Below, in pieces: positions 1 through 8,013 of a DNA stretch of 64,000 nucleotides; within the stretch, counting starts at the first letter, position 1, and each line of letters opens with the position of its first letter. Position numbers and translations under genes: made by a program. Source of the stretch: Trueperaceae bacterium (GTDB lineage: Bacteria; Deinococcota; Deinococci; Deinococcales; Trueperaceae); NCBI GenBank assembly GCA_965214405.1, contig OZ243956.1:992001-1056000 (forward strand), given 5' to 3'. The notes under the pieces are model-generated. The model was not told the origin of the DNA, ran no database searches, and was given only the letters and a program-made list of their open reading frames with translations.

Positions 1-1
1 C

Positions 2-106
2 AAAACGGTCGTGCCCATCCTCTGCGGCGGCAACATCACGCTGACGCACGTGCTGGGCTGGTTAGAAAAGTTCAACCTGATGGGAGAAACAGTGGTGAGT
101 GGTTAG
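2..106 (+). CDS. 3' end of a PLP-dependent serine/threonine dehydratase-family protein (partial)
   Basis: Frame reads KTVVPILCGGNITLTHVLGWLEKFNLMGETVVSG*; the (S/C)GGN motif near the C-terminus is typical of fold-type II dehydratases. Confidence 0.55.
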   Translation, partial: KTVVPILCGGNITLTHVLGWLEKFNLMGETVVSG

Positions 107-156
107 TGGCTAGCGATCAGCCCTTCTAGCCACTCATCACTAACCGTTAACCACTG
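90..156. repeat. Inverted array of heptamer repeats (AGTGGNN / NNCCACT) forming an imperfect hairpin
   Basis: AGTGGTG AGTGGTT AGTGGCT AG ... CT AGCCACT CATCACT AACCGTT AACCACT read directly. Confidence 0.7.
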
Positions 157-216
157 CCTTATTCTGTGACCAACGCCCTTTCTCACGCGTTTTTTCCGTT
201 GCTATACTCTGCTTCT

Positions 217-1302
217 ATGCTTCACAGAATCGACTTACAAGCACTCGCCGAGCGCAAGGGACCCGAGCGCTCTTTTTTGAGTCTTTACGTATCCGCCAAA
301 GACGCCCTGAACAAGCTCGACGGGCGCATCCGCCGGGTTCGGGATATGCTAGACGACGCGGACGAGGCGGAGCATTTTGACAAGAACCTCGAGCTCATCC
401 AGACTTACCTAGATGAAAACCCCTTTGCGTCCGCCTCGATGTGCCTCTTCGCCTGCTGGGCCACGGACTATCTGCACGTGTTCCCGCTCGACGTAGAAGT
501 TCCTGACCTCCTCTGGGTGGACTCCTCGCCCTACATCCGCCCCCTGGCCGAACTCAAAGACGAGCTGGAAACGTTTGTCGTGGTGACCGCCGACAACACC
601 GACACCCACATCTACACCGTGACCTCCGCCGAGCCGAGCGAGGAGGAGCGCGTCAAGGGCGACATCAAAAATCACGTGAGAAAGGGCGGCTGGTCGCAGC
701 AGCGTTACGCGCGGCGGCGCGAAAAAGAGCTCCTGCACTACGCCAAAGAAGTAGCCGAGGTTCTGGCCGATATCGAGAAAAAAGGACGCTTCGACCGCCT
801 CTTTTTGGTCGGCTCGGACGAGGCCATGCGCGAGATCGAGGCCGTACTCCCCAACGCGGTACTGAACAAGCTCGTCGGCAAGCGCGCGGTCGACTTGCAC
901 CAGGAGGACGAGGTCTGGGAGCGCGTCTTTGAGATGTTCACCAAAGAAGAGCGCGCCGCCGAACGAAGCCTGTGGGAAACCATCAAAAACGAATATCTGC
1001 GCGGCGGCCAGGCGGTGACCGGCGTAAAGGCGACCTTGGAGGCCGCCGCCGTGGGCCGCGCGAGAAAGATGATCGTCACGCGCGACGCGAAGATAGCCGG
1101 GACGCGCTGCCGGGACTGCGAGAACTTGAGCGAGGGCGCGACCCCTGCGTGTCCGGTGTGTAACTCCGACTCGGTCTTTACCGTAGATTTGGTGAACGAG
1201 CTCGTCGAACTCGTGGCCGGGAGCGGCGGCGAGACCGAGTTCTCGGACCACATCCGCGGCCTCACCAAGGCGGGGCACGTGGCGGCGCTCCTGCGTTACT
1301 GA
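217..1302 (+). CDS. Bacterial archaeo-eukaryotic release factor (baeRF/eRF1-like) protein with zinc ribbon
   Basis: KGGWSQQRYAR catalytic-loop motif, CRDC...CPVC zinc ribbon, C-terminal AALLRY as in eRF1 domain 3. ATG 217 chosen because TATACT (203-208) lies just upstream. Confidence 0.8.
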   Translation: MLHRIDLQALAERKGPERSFLSLYVSAKDALNKLDGRIRRVRDMLDDADEAEHFDKNLELIQTYLDENPFASASMCLFACWATDYLHVFPLDVEVPDLLWVDSSPYIRPLAELKDELETFVVVTADNTDTHIYTVTSAEPSEEERVKGDIKNHVRKGGWSQQRYARRREKELLHYAKEVAEVLADIEKKGRFDRLFLVGSDEAMREIEAVLPNAVLNKLVGKRAVDLHQEDEVWERVFEMFTKEERAAERSLWETIKNEYLRGGQAVTGVKATLEAAAVGRARKMIVTRDAKIAGTRCRDCENLSEGATPACPVCNSDSVFTVDLVNELVELVAGSGGETEFSDHIRGLTKAGHVAALLRY

Positions 1303-1697
1303 GCGCCCGCCGCGCCCCTTTCTCGCCGCTCGGCGACGAGCACCAAGACGCCCGCCGGGACGAACAGCCACAGCCCCGAGACCGGCAAAACGATGACGCT
1401 GAGCGCGGCGACGCCGCTGAGCCCCCAGCCGAGCACCCTCGGCGCGGGCACGCGGCCCGTCTGCGCGTAGCCCCACTGCACCACGAAACCGAGCAAGAAG
1501 AGCGGCCAGGTAAACATCAAGAACCAAAAGGCGCTAAGCATCTCGAACGACCAGCCGAGACCGCCCCCGACGCCCGCTCCGAGGATTTCTTGGAGCGGGC
1601 CGCCGAACAGAACGAAACTGACGACGAGGTGAACCGCGGCGAACGCCATGAGTACAAAGCCCACCAAGCGGGCCAGAGGACGCGGTGGCGGGCTCAC
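1296..1697 (-). CDS. Small integral membrane protein (about 4 TM)
   Basis: Hydrophobic ORF, ATGA overlap with the upstream gene. Confidence 0.7.
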   Translation of the reverse strand: MSPPPRPLARLVGFVLMAFAAVHLVVSFVLFGGPLQEILGAGVGGGLGWSFEMLSAFWFLMFTWPLFLLGFVVQWGYAQTGRVPAPRVLGWGLSGVAALSVIVLPVSGLWLFVPAGVLVLVAERRERGAAGAQ

Positions 1698-2131
1698 CGC
1701 GCCTCTAGCCCTTCAGATGCGACCTGTGTTGAGGGTGCTCGAGCAAAAAGGGCGCGAAGCGGCACCGCGTATACGAAACCCGCCGTAACAAGCGCGAAAG
1801 AGATGACGAAGGGCAGGGCGCGCGGGTCCCCCTGAAGGCTCAGCGGGATACCGACCGTGGCGATCCAGAGGGTCTTGTACACAATCTGCACCATGAAAAT
1901 GCCCACCAAAGGCAGCGGATAAAGGAGGCCGAGCGCGGAAAGCAAGCCGATGGCGAGCCAGACGCTACCGGTCACACCGAACAACAAGCCGTCTTGCGCC
2001 ACTGCGCCAAACATGTAAGCCTGAGCGAATCGCGGGAAAAAGACGACCAGAAAGCCGGGAACGCCTGCGCCCACAACGTTGGCAGCGTACATGACCCTCA
2101 TCCAGTTTAGGCGAACGGGAGCATTCATCAT
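1694..2131 (-). CDS. Small integral membrane protein (about 4 TM)
   Basis: Hydrophobic ORF with AGGA SD; QIVYKTLW motif. Confidence 0.75.
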   Translation of the reverse strand: MMNAPVRLNWMRVMYAANVVGAGVPGFLVVFFPRFAQAYMFGAVAQDGLLFGVTGSVWLAIGLLSALGLLYPLPLVGIFMVQIVYKTLWIATVGIPLSLQGDPRALPFVISFALVTAGFVYAVPLRALFARAPSTQVASEGLEAR

Positions 2132-2146
2132 CTTCCTTTCTTGGGG

Positions 2147-2668
2147 CTACCAGTGCCCCTGAATACGGCGGGCGCGAACGGACACCACCATGAGCATAAA
2201 GGCGCTCACCACCGCGCTCACCAAAACGGTGACGGCGAAGACGGCCAACAACGGTCCCGTGTACGGGCCGACCGTACGGACAAACCAGGCCAGATGAGCT
2301 TGAGGTGCCGCGTCGTAGAGGTCGGTCGCCTGAGGCTGGAGGTAGGGCGTATAGATATCCCGAACAGGCTCCGCGATGAAGGGGGGTACAAAATGCGTTG
2401 TGCCGACCAAAACGAGCGACATTAGGCCGTAGACGAACCAGTAGCCCGCCCATACGCGGCCTCGAGTCATGGCCGCAAGACCCAGAACAAAAAGCGGATA
2501 GGCCATCAGGCTGTAGGTAAAAGGGTTGACCTCGCTTATGGCGGGCCAACCCACGTGATTACCGCGCACGAGGTGGTCGAGGTGATGGAGCGAGCCGAAG
2601 AGAAACACCGACATAAGTGTTAAGAAAATCCAGCGGCGGAGCTTGGGCGGTTGGCTATTGAACGTCAT
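2147..2668 (-). CDS. Membrane protein with HHLDH motif
   Basis: Hydrophobic segments, LHHLDHLVRGNHVGWP; ATG 2668 overlaps the stop of the upstream gene. Confidence 0.7.
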   Translation of the reverse strand: MTFNSQPPKLRRWIFLTLMSVFLFGSLHHLDHLVRGNHVGWPAISEVNPFTYSLMAYPLFVLGLAAMTRGRVWAGYWFVYGLMSLVLVGTTHFVPPFIAEPVRDIYTPYLQPQATDLYDAAPQAHLAWFVRTVGPYTGPLLAVFAVTVLVSAVVSAFMLMVVSVRARRIQGHW

Positions 2669-3012
2669 GCGCGCTCCCAAAAATGCTTGTAACGCCCCAC
2701 CATGAAAAGCCCTAACGCAAAGAGACCTACCGGAAAGACGCCCAGCGAGAACAGCCCGAACGAAAAGATGCCGATGGAAAAGACGCCGAACGAGAAAATG
2801 CCCGCCGAGAAGACCCCGGTCGAGAAGAGTCCGGAGCTAAAAAATCCCACCGAGAACTCGCCGACGGCGAACACACCCGCCGCGAAGTTGCCAGCGGCGA
2901 AGTAGGCCCGCGCGAACGCCCCCGCGCCGAAAGGCTGGTTGACGAGCAAAAGGCCAAAGAGAGCGAGAACGATGGCGAGACCAGGCCCAACCCAGTAATA
3001 GAACGTTTTCAC
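2665..3012 (-). CDS. Small hydrophobic protein with 13 tandem xxGxF pentapeptides
   Basis: AAGNF AAGVF AVGEF SVGFF SSGLF STGVF SAGIF SFGVF SIGIF SFGLF SLGVF PVGLF ALGLF; GAGG SD upstream of GTG. Confidence 0.75.
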   Translation of the reverse strand: MKTFYYWVGPGLAIVLALFGLLLVNQPFGAGAFARAYFAAGNFAAGVFAVGEFSVGFFSSGLFSTGVFSAGIFSFGVFSIGIFSFGLFSLGVFPVGLFALGLFMVGRYKHFWERA

Positions 3013-3062
3013 GGTTTTTCCTCTCTGCGGCTCGAGCCGCGGCTCAGCTACTCCGGGGTCGC

Positions 3063-3088
3063 CGGTAGGGCCGCGAATGGCCCTACCG
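3063..3088. repeat. Intergenic 10-bp-stem hairpin (GTAG-initiated, REP-like or mRNA-stabilising)
   Basis: CGGTAGGGCC-gcgaat-GGCCCTACCG. Confidence 0.5.
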
Positions 3089-3104
3089 ACGTTGGCAAAT
3101 CGCC

Positions 3105-3380
3105 TTAAGGCTGCGCGCTGGCTTTGCTCGAGCCCTCCTTCCCTCCAGCTTTCTTGGACCCGCAGGACCCGAACCAGAAAGGGTTAAAGCCGAGCAGGCT
3201 AAAGCCCGCGAACATCAGGCCGGGAATCAAGAACCAGGGCGGGATGAAGAGGAGCGACGCCAGGGCGAGGAGGCCAATACCGAGCGCGCGCCGCATCGCG
3301 GTGTTGTGCCGCACGCGCGCAACCATGTTCTCTCCCTCGCGGACAAACGTAACCAGGGTGCTGTCTTGGGTATTTTTCAT
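3105..3380 (-). CDS. Small membrane protein
   Basis: ATG 3380 (MKNTQDS) with AGGAG SD, overlapping the upstream stop; two hydrophobic segments. Confidence 0.65.
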   Translation of the reverse strand: MKNTQDSTLVTFVREGENMVARVRHNTAMRRALGIGLLALASLLFIPPWFLIPGLMFAGFSLLGFNPFWFGSCGSKKAGGKEGSSKASAQP

Positions 3381-3586
3381 GCCGTTCTCCTTTTTAACCA
3401 AGCGTTGAGTTTGGGCTGCTGCCAGAGCGCGAGACCCGACAGGCTGACGAGCGGAATGGCGAGCGTCTGAACGAGAAGCGCGTACCACGTCACCTCACGC
3501 AACGGCGAATAGACGAAGACGATGAGCAGCACGCCGACAACAAGGTGCAGCCAGCGCAGGCTCTGACGAAGGCGTTTGTTGGACAT
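3377..3586 (-). CDS. Small 2-TM membrane protein
   Basis: AAGGAG SD; LRWLHL...SGLALWQ; first gene after an operator. Confidence 0.75.
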   Translation of the reverse strand: MSNKRLRQSLRWLHLVVGVLLIVFVYSPLREVTWYALLVQTLAIPLVSLSGLALWQQPKLNAWLKRRTA

Positions 3587-3602
3587 CTACGGCTCCTTTT
3601 TT

Positions 3603-3619
3603 AGTGAAGCACGTTCACT
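3603..3619. promoter_or_regulatory. Putative TetR operator AGTGAA-N5-TTCACT
   Basis: AGTGAAgcacgTTCACT, perfect arms; same motif at 4260, 4290 and 4404. Confidence 0.75.
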
Positions 3620-3634
3620 GTATGAAGAAAAAAA

Positions 3635-4237
3635 TTAGGCGAGGGGTTTAAGGCCAGCTCTTATCATTTCAAACGCTTCCTCCATCGCCTCCTTTCCCTG
3701 TGCTTCGCTAATAAACGGCATGGCGTCCGCGAGCATCAGCAGACCGTGGAGTTGACCCCACAGAACGTGCGCGACCGCCTCGACCCTGCCCTGCCGGATA
3801 ACGCCCGCCTGCATCGCCTCGCCGACCGCCTCGAAGAGGTAGCTCAGTTTGTCCACGCCGGGCACCTCGCGCTCGCCGAACAAGTAGTCGGTCTTATCCA
3901 CGAACATCAGGTAGTAAGGTGCCGGGTGGTCGAAAGCAAACTGCACGTAAGCGCGGCCCAACGCAAAGATGCGCTCGAGCGGGTCGTCGGTCGACCCCTT
4001 GGCCTCTTCTAAACGCGCGCCGAATTCCACAAAGGCGTCTTCGATGGCGGCGTAGATGAGGTCGTTTTTGTTCTCGAAATAGCGGTAGACGTTGGTGGTG
4101 GTAAAACCCACCTTTTTGCCCACTTTTGCCAGGGTCAACCCGTCGTACCCATGTTCGACCAACAATTCACCCGCCGCCTCGAGCATCGCCTTGCGGACTT
4201 TGGCTTTGTCTTCGTCGCTGCGGTTGCGGGTGGTCAC
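3635..4237 (-). CDS. TetR/AcrR family transcriptional regulator
   Basis: HGYDGLTLAKVGKKVGFTTTNVYRYFENKNDL HTH; WGQLHG C-terminal (WHG-type) domain; GTG 4237 with AAAGGAG SD. Confidence 0.92.
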   Translation of the reverse strand: MTTRNRSDEDKAKVRKAMLEAAGELLVEHGYDGLTLAKVGKKVGFTTTNVYRYFENKNDLIYAAIEDAFVEFGARLEEAKGSTDDPLERIFALGRAYVQFAFDHPAPYYLMFVDKTDYLFGEREVPGVDKLSYLFEAVGEAMQAGVIRQGRVEAVAHVLWGQLHGLLMLADAMPFISEAQGKEAMEEAFEMIRAGLKPLA

Positions 4238-4259
4238 GGTCAACTCCTTTCTATGAATT

Positions 4260-4312
4260 AGTGAATTGCTTTCACTTGAAAAAAGTATAAGTGAATGTTG
4301 CTCACTTGTCAA
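4260..4312 (-). promoter_or_regulatory. Sigma70 promoter TTGACA-17-TATACT with two overlapping TetR operators
   Basis: -35 at 4307-4312, -10 at 4284-4289; the 17-bp spacer is the operator AGTGAAtgttgCTCACT; second operator AGTGAAttgctTTCACT at 4260-4276. Confidence 0.85.
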
Positions 4313-4678
4313 GCCTCTCGTAAGGATGGACTGCACCAGCGTAGACTCCACCAGGGTGGACTTCATCAGGATGTGGTTGTCGAACATCTTTGACTCCTTT
4401 CTCGGTGAAGCACGTTCGGTAATCGAACACATAGTGACCAAAAACCTGGTTTAGGGCTCGAGCCTGCGCTTCACCCTCTCAGGCACTTCTTCGCCTCCTT
4501 CCTTGCGGCTCCCACTACCTGTTGGGGACCTAAACGCCTGTGATTTTTCTTTTTGGGCGTGAGGAATCGTCAAAGAAACCGGGAGAAACCCCGCTGCGCT
4601 TCGGCGGACCCGTCACGTAGGCAGTGTCACAAAGGGTAAATATGAAAAGGAAGAACTCGGAGCTGTGCGCGGCCAGCT

Positions 4679-5164
4679 TTACGCGGCGTCTCCCCTGACC
4701 GGATCGGCAGGCGAGTAAACCATGCTTCTAAAGGAGCCGCGTCGCCAGCCAAGCGTAAGCGTGCGCAGGAGCAGATAAGCCACAAAACCGACCGGCCCGA
4801 GCATCAGCACGAGGTACAGAAGCGGGCTCACCAGCAGCCAGGGAATACGGTTGGCGCGGCTGTCTAAGTAGGCCCAGCGGGCGACGAAGAGGTCAAAGGC
4901 CAGAAAGTGCTGCCAGGCGAGCGTTGTGCCTAGAGGCGTGCTCAGGAGGCTCGAGACGCTTTCCACAGTGGGCGGATCGAACGCGCTCAGGACGGCCCCG
5001 ACGTTCGGCAACGCCAAAACGACGTAGAGCAGGGCGGGACCCAGGATGACCCAGGGAGAGCGCATCACGCGCTCGGTCACGCCCCAAAAGGGCAAGGCAA
5101 CGATCAAGAACCAGAAGGGGGCGACAAGGGGAAAGCCGAGGGAGAAAAGGGGCTCGAGCGTCAT
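4679..5164 (-). CDS. ABA4-like (DUF4281) membrane protein
   Basis: WQHFLAFDLFVARW and LMLGPVG motifs characteristic of the family. Confidence 0.8.
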   Translation of the reverse strand: MTLEPLFSLGFPLVAPFWFLIVALPFWGVTERVMRSPWVILGPALLYVVLALPNVGAVLSAFDPPTVESVSSLLSTPLGTTLAWQHFLAFDLFVARWAYLDSRANRIPWLLVSPLLYLVLMLGPVGFVAYLLLRTLTLGWRRGSFRSMVYSPADPVRGDAA

Positions 5165-5165
5165 T

Positions 5166-6164
5166 TCAAATACTCCCGCTCGCGTTTACGCCCGGCCCGC
5201 GCCGCGCTGCGGCCCAGATACCCAAGATGGCGAGCGCCGTGACGCCGACGAGCCCCCCCAGCAGCCCGAGCTGGAGCGCGTCCGGGGCGATGACGGACTG
5301 GTTACGCAGCGCCTGAAAAGTCACCAAGGCGACCAAGCCGAGATAGAAAAAGCTCGCCGTCCAGACCGTCGCCACCTTGGCCCGCAAGGACCAGCGCCGC
5401 CGCCTCGAGAGTAGCAAACCCAACAGTGGAATCACCTGAGCCCCGTGGATGCCGACGAAGTGCGGGATGCGCAGGTCGCCGTGCTGCGTGCTCCAGCCTA
5501 GAAAGGGCAAGCCCGGCCCCCCGTCAACGTCGCCGACGGTGTGCGCGCCGATCAGGTCGAGCCGCTCACCCGCCCCCAACGCCGCCTGCTGCGTCGCGTT
5601 GGGTCCGGGCATCAAAAAGCCTAGGCCGAGCCCGATGACCGCGATACCCAGCCCCAGCTTGAGGGCGTGCGAGAGGTCGCGTTCGGGCAACCTTTGAAAA
5701 GCCAGCACCACCGCGCCCACAATGGTGATGAGCCACCAAATGATGATGGTTACGCTCATCGTGCTCCACAGCGCCGCGTCGAGAGGCGTCGAAACGTTGA
5801 AGTGCATCGCCCGCCCCCGCGCCGCCTGAAAGGCGATAAGCGCCATTTCAAAAATAAGTATCCCCCCAGCGGCGTGACCCACGAACCCCACGAGCCGCGG
5901 GCGGGTCTTTATAAAGGTGAGCATCCACAAGAACGTAATTCCGTAGATAAAGAAGGAAAGCGCGAACTTAGTCGTCTTGGCCCAGGTGGGCGCGCCCAGA
6001 ACGGTGCGCGGGTCAACCACAAGGCCGACGAGGCCGACCAAAACCATCACCGCCGAGACGAGGACGAACAGAGTGAGCGTCGCGTTGAAGCGCCAGGCGC
6101 GGTGCAGCAGGCGTAGTGGAGAAGCTAAGCGGATGGGTCCTAGAGTCGTGAGCTGGGTATTCAT
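5166..6164 (-). CDS. Multi-pass membrane protein of unknown function
   Basis: ATG 6164 with AAAGGAG SD; QAARGRAMHFN, AHTVG and HFVGIHGAQ His motifs; many TM helices. Confidence 0.8.
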   Translation of the reverse strand: MNTQLTTLGPIRLASPLRLLHRAWRFNATLTLFVLVSAVMVLVGLVGLVVDPRTVLGAPTWAKTTKFALSFFIYGITFLWMLTFIKTRPRLVGFVGHAAGGILIFEMALIAFQAARGRAMHFNVSTPLDAALWSTMSVTIIIWWLITIVGAVVLAFQRLPERDLSHALKLGLGIAVIGLGLGFLMPGPNATQQAALGAGERLDLIGAHTVGDVDGGPGLPFLGWSTQHGDLRIPHFVGIHGAQVIPLLGLLLSRRRRWSLRAKVATVWTASFFYLGLVALVTFQALRNQSVIAPDALQLGLLGGLVGVTALAILGIWAAARRGPGVNASGSI

Positions 6165-6198
6165 CTTCTCTCCTTTGTACGTATACATAAAGACTTTT

Positions 6199-6222
6199 GT
6201 TTACACTGTTAACGGCGTGAAC
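6199..6222. promoter_or_regulatory. Tandem putative operators for the 6252-6896 TetR
   Basis: GTTTACactGTTAACggcGTGAAC matches GTTAACgctGTAAAC in the TetR's own promoter. Confidence 0.7.
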
Positions 6223-6251
6223 CAAAAAAATCACGTCACAGCATCACCCCC

Positions 6252-6896
6252 TCAACTCAGAAAGCCTTTAAGCATTTTGGCAACGAAAATATCGGTCATC
6301 GACTGCGTCTGCGACACATCACAGAAGGGCATACTGACGGCTAACGCGACGATGCCGTGGACGCCCGACCAGAGGGTGTTGGCGGCGTCTCGAGTGCTGT
6401 ATTCGCCCAGATGTCCCGCCTTTTGTGCGTCGGCCACGGCGTTTGACAAAACGTTGAAACTTTCGATGGCGGGCCGGTGCCCGTCGGGCCGGGGACGGGT
6501 CAGGTACTCGCCGCGCTGCATAAACATCAGCCGGTAACGCAGGGGGTGCTCGAGCCCAAACTCTATATAGGCGCGCGCCATCTCAGCGAGGCGCTCAGCG
6601 GGATCGCTCGCGCGGTCGAACGCCGCCTGCTGGGTGCGTTCGAACACCGCAAAGCCTTCCAGGGCGATCATAAACAGCAAGTCGTCTTTGTTGTCGAAGT
6701 AGCGGTAGATGGCGGTCGGGGTGTAGCCGATGGCCTCGGCCACCCCTCGGAGCGAAAAAGCCTCATAACCGTGCTCGAGAAAAAGCTTCTCAGCCGCCCC
6801 CAAAATTTCGCGGTACCGCGCCTCACGTTCGCGCGTGCGCCGCGCCGCCGCACCCTGCTTGATACGCTCGTTCGCTGTTAGCTCTGTAATATTCAT
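6252..6896 (-). CDS. TetR/AcrR family transcriptional regulator (probably leaderless)
   Basis: HGYEAFSLRGVAEAIGYTPTAIYRYFDNKDDL HTH; WSGVHG C-terminal motif. Confidence 0.93.
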   Translation of the reverse strand: MNITELTANERIKQGAAARRTREREARYREILGAAEKLFLEHGYEAFSLRGVAEAIGYTPTAIYRYFDNKDDLLFMIALEGFAVFERTQQAAFDRASDPAERLAEMARAYIEFGLEHPLRYRLMFMQRGEYLTRPRPDGHRPAIESFNVLSNAVADAQKAGHLGEYSTRDAANTLWSGVHGIVALAVSMPFCDVSQTQSMTDIFVAKMLKGFLS

Positions 6897-6902
6897 AGCA
6901 TC

Positions 6903-6931
6903 ACTATAGTTAACGCTGTAAACTTTGTCAA
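6903..6931 (-). promoter_or_regulatory. Sigma70 promoter TTGACA-17-TATAGT with an operator in the spacer
   Basis: -35 at 6926-6931, -10 at 6903-6908, ATG 6 nt downstream; GTTAACgctGTAAAC at 6909-6923. Confidence 0.85.
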
Positions 6932-7049
6932 TAGCGCTTAGCCTTCACTAAGCTTTATCAGGCCTGCTCGTGTAAAAAGAAGAGGGTAGGACCGTGATGC
7001 CCAAAGACGTATCATGGTTTGGGGTGGTTTTGAAAATAATAAAGAGAAA

Positions 7050-7069
7050 GAGAGCGCCGCGGCGCTCTC
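7050..7069 (-). terminator. Rho-independent terminator
   Basis: GAGAGCGCCGCGGCGCTCTC palindrome followed on the minus strand by TTTCTCTTTATT. Confidence 0.65.
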
Positions 7070-7095
7070 CCAAAGCTTATGGTGCTTTTTTCCAG

Positions 7096-7266
7096 CTAAA
7101 CGCGTTCCCGCCACTCGCGCCCGAGCCGCCGCGGCTTGATGGGCGTTTCTTTGACAATCTCCCCCGTCATCTCGGCGCGTTTGCCCTGGAGGTACTGCTC
7201 GAGCACCTGGACGCTCACGCCCAACTGTTTGGCTATTCGCTGATTTTTCACCCTAGAATCGTTCAT
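7096..7266 (-). CDS. 56-aa helix-turn-helix-like protein (absent from the ORF track)
   Basis: MNDSRVKNQRIAKQLGVSVQVLEQYLQGKRAEMTGEIVKETPIKPRRLGREWRERV*; purine-rich SD (GAGGGGAAGAGG) and its own terminator. Confidence 0.65.
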   Translation of the reverse strand: MNDSRVKNQRIAKQLGVSVQVLEQYLQGKRAEMTGEIVKETPIKPRRLGREWRERV

Positions 7267-7384
7267 CCTCTTCCCCTCTCATCCGGCACCCGTTGGGGTC
7301 CGGTCAAGAACCTCTCCGCCTCGGATACGAGCGGATACAAAACTGCGGACGGAGCCAAGACGAAGAAAGAACGTAGCCCGTAAT

Positions 7385-7597
7385 ATGCACCAGCGGCTTC
7401 TAAGAATGATGTGTCGGCTAAAGCGACACGTGCAGGTCGATAAGCAGAGTTTACTCTCTCATCCCACGGGGATTTGTAGCGGCTGCTGGAAAAAGTACAA
7501 CGCTCGAGCCGATGTGAAGAGCGTCACATCGGCTCGAGCTCAAAACCCCTCCACGCGCGAGTTGGGTGAGGCTGTTAAAGCTGTGAAAGAGGGTTAA
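7385..7597 (+). CDS. Hypothetical small protein (C..H..CxxC)
   Basis: ORF divergent from the small HTH gene; no clear SD. Confidence 0.3.
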   Translation: MHQRLLRMMCRLKRHVQVDKQSLLSHPTGICSGCWKKYNARADVKSVTSARAQNPSTRELGEAVKAVKEG

Positions 7598-7707
7598 AGT
7601 AGCCGTTCCGCGACATATTAAGACAATTGGGCGCAGGCATCATCACCGAAAGTGCGTACCAGACGGCACTTTATAAAGTGGACACGTCCCAAACCAGGTG
7701 ATACCTG

Positions 7708-8004
7708 CTAAAGATAAGAAGAAGCGGGCACGTACTCGAACAGCATGGGTTGAGGAGCAAAATAGGGTTCGAACACGAGGTCTAAGTCATCTAAGGCCGC
7801 GCTGCTCAATTCTGGGTTGAACGCCGCCCAGGCCGTGCCCATCTGCACCGCGTGCGCGCCCTCACGGCGCTCTTTGTTAAAGCCATAATCGACCAAGCCA
7901 CCGTGCAAGCTGTTCCAGTGTGCTAGCGCACTGCACAAAAAGAGATACGCGCCTTCGTTCGTCCTTACCGTAATCAAAATATAGTCGTCCAGTACACCAA
8001 ACAT
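7708..8004 (-). CDS. Hypothetical protein
   Basis: ORF only; co-oriented with the upstream ORF. Confidence 0.4.
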   Translation of the reverse strand: MFGVLDDYILITVRTNEGAYLFLCSALAHWNSLHGGLVDYGFNKERREGAHAVQMGTAWAAFNPELSSAALDDLDLVFEPYFAPQPMLFEYVPASSYL

Positions 8005-8013
8005 AAGCGCCGC

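Noticed and set aside
409..1527. Long antisense ORFs (also 19031-19999, 32243-33037, 51608-52414, 55934-56935)
   Set aside because: Shadows of well-supported genes, as expected in GC-rich DNA.
2702..2905. Plus-strand ORF with PxEK repeats
   Set aside because: Antisense shadow of the xxGxF repeat gene, which has the SD and operon context.
3063..3088. GTAG hairpins here and at 60833 as a REP/RAYT family
   Set aside because: Only two dissimilar copies and no RAYT gene in the window; the second is adequately explained as a terminator.
4441..4678. Intergenic region as a riboswitch or small gene
   Set aside because: No recognisable aptamer consensus and only a short frame without a convincing start.
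6994..7383. 129-aa plus-strand ORF
   Set aside because: Spans a terminator and is antisense to the better-supported 56-aa HTH gene.
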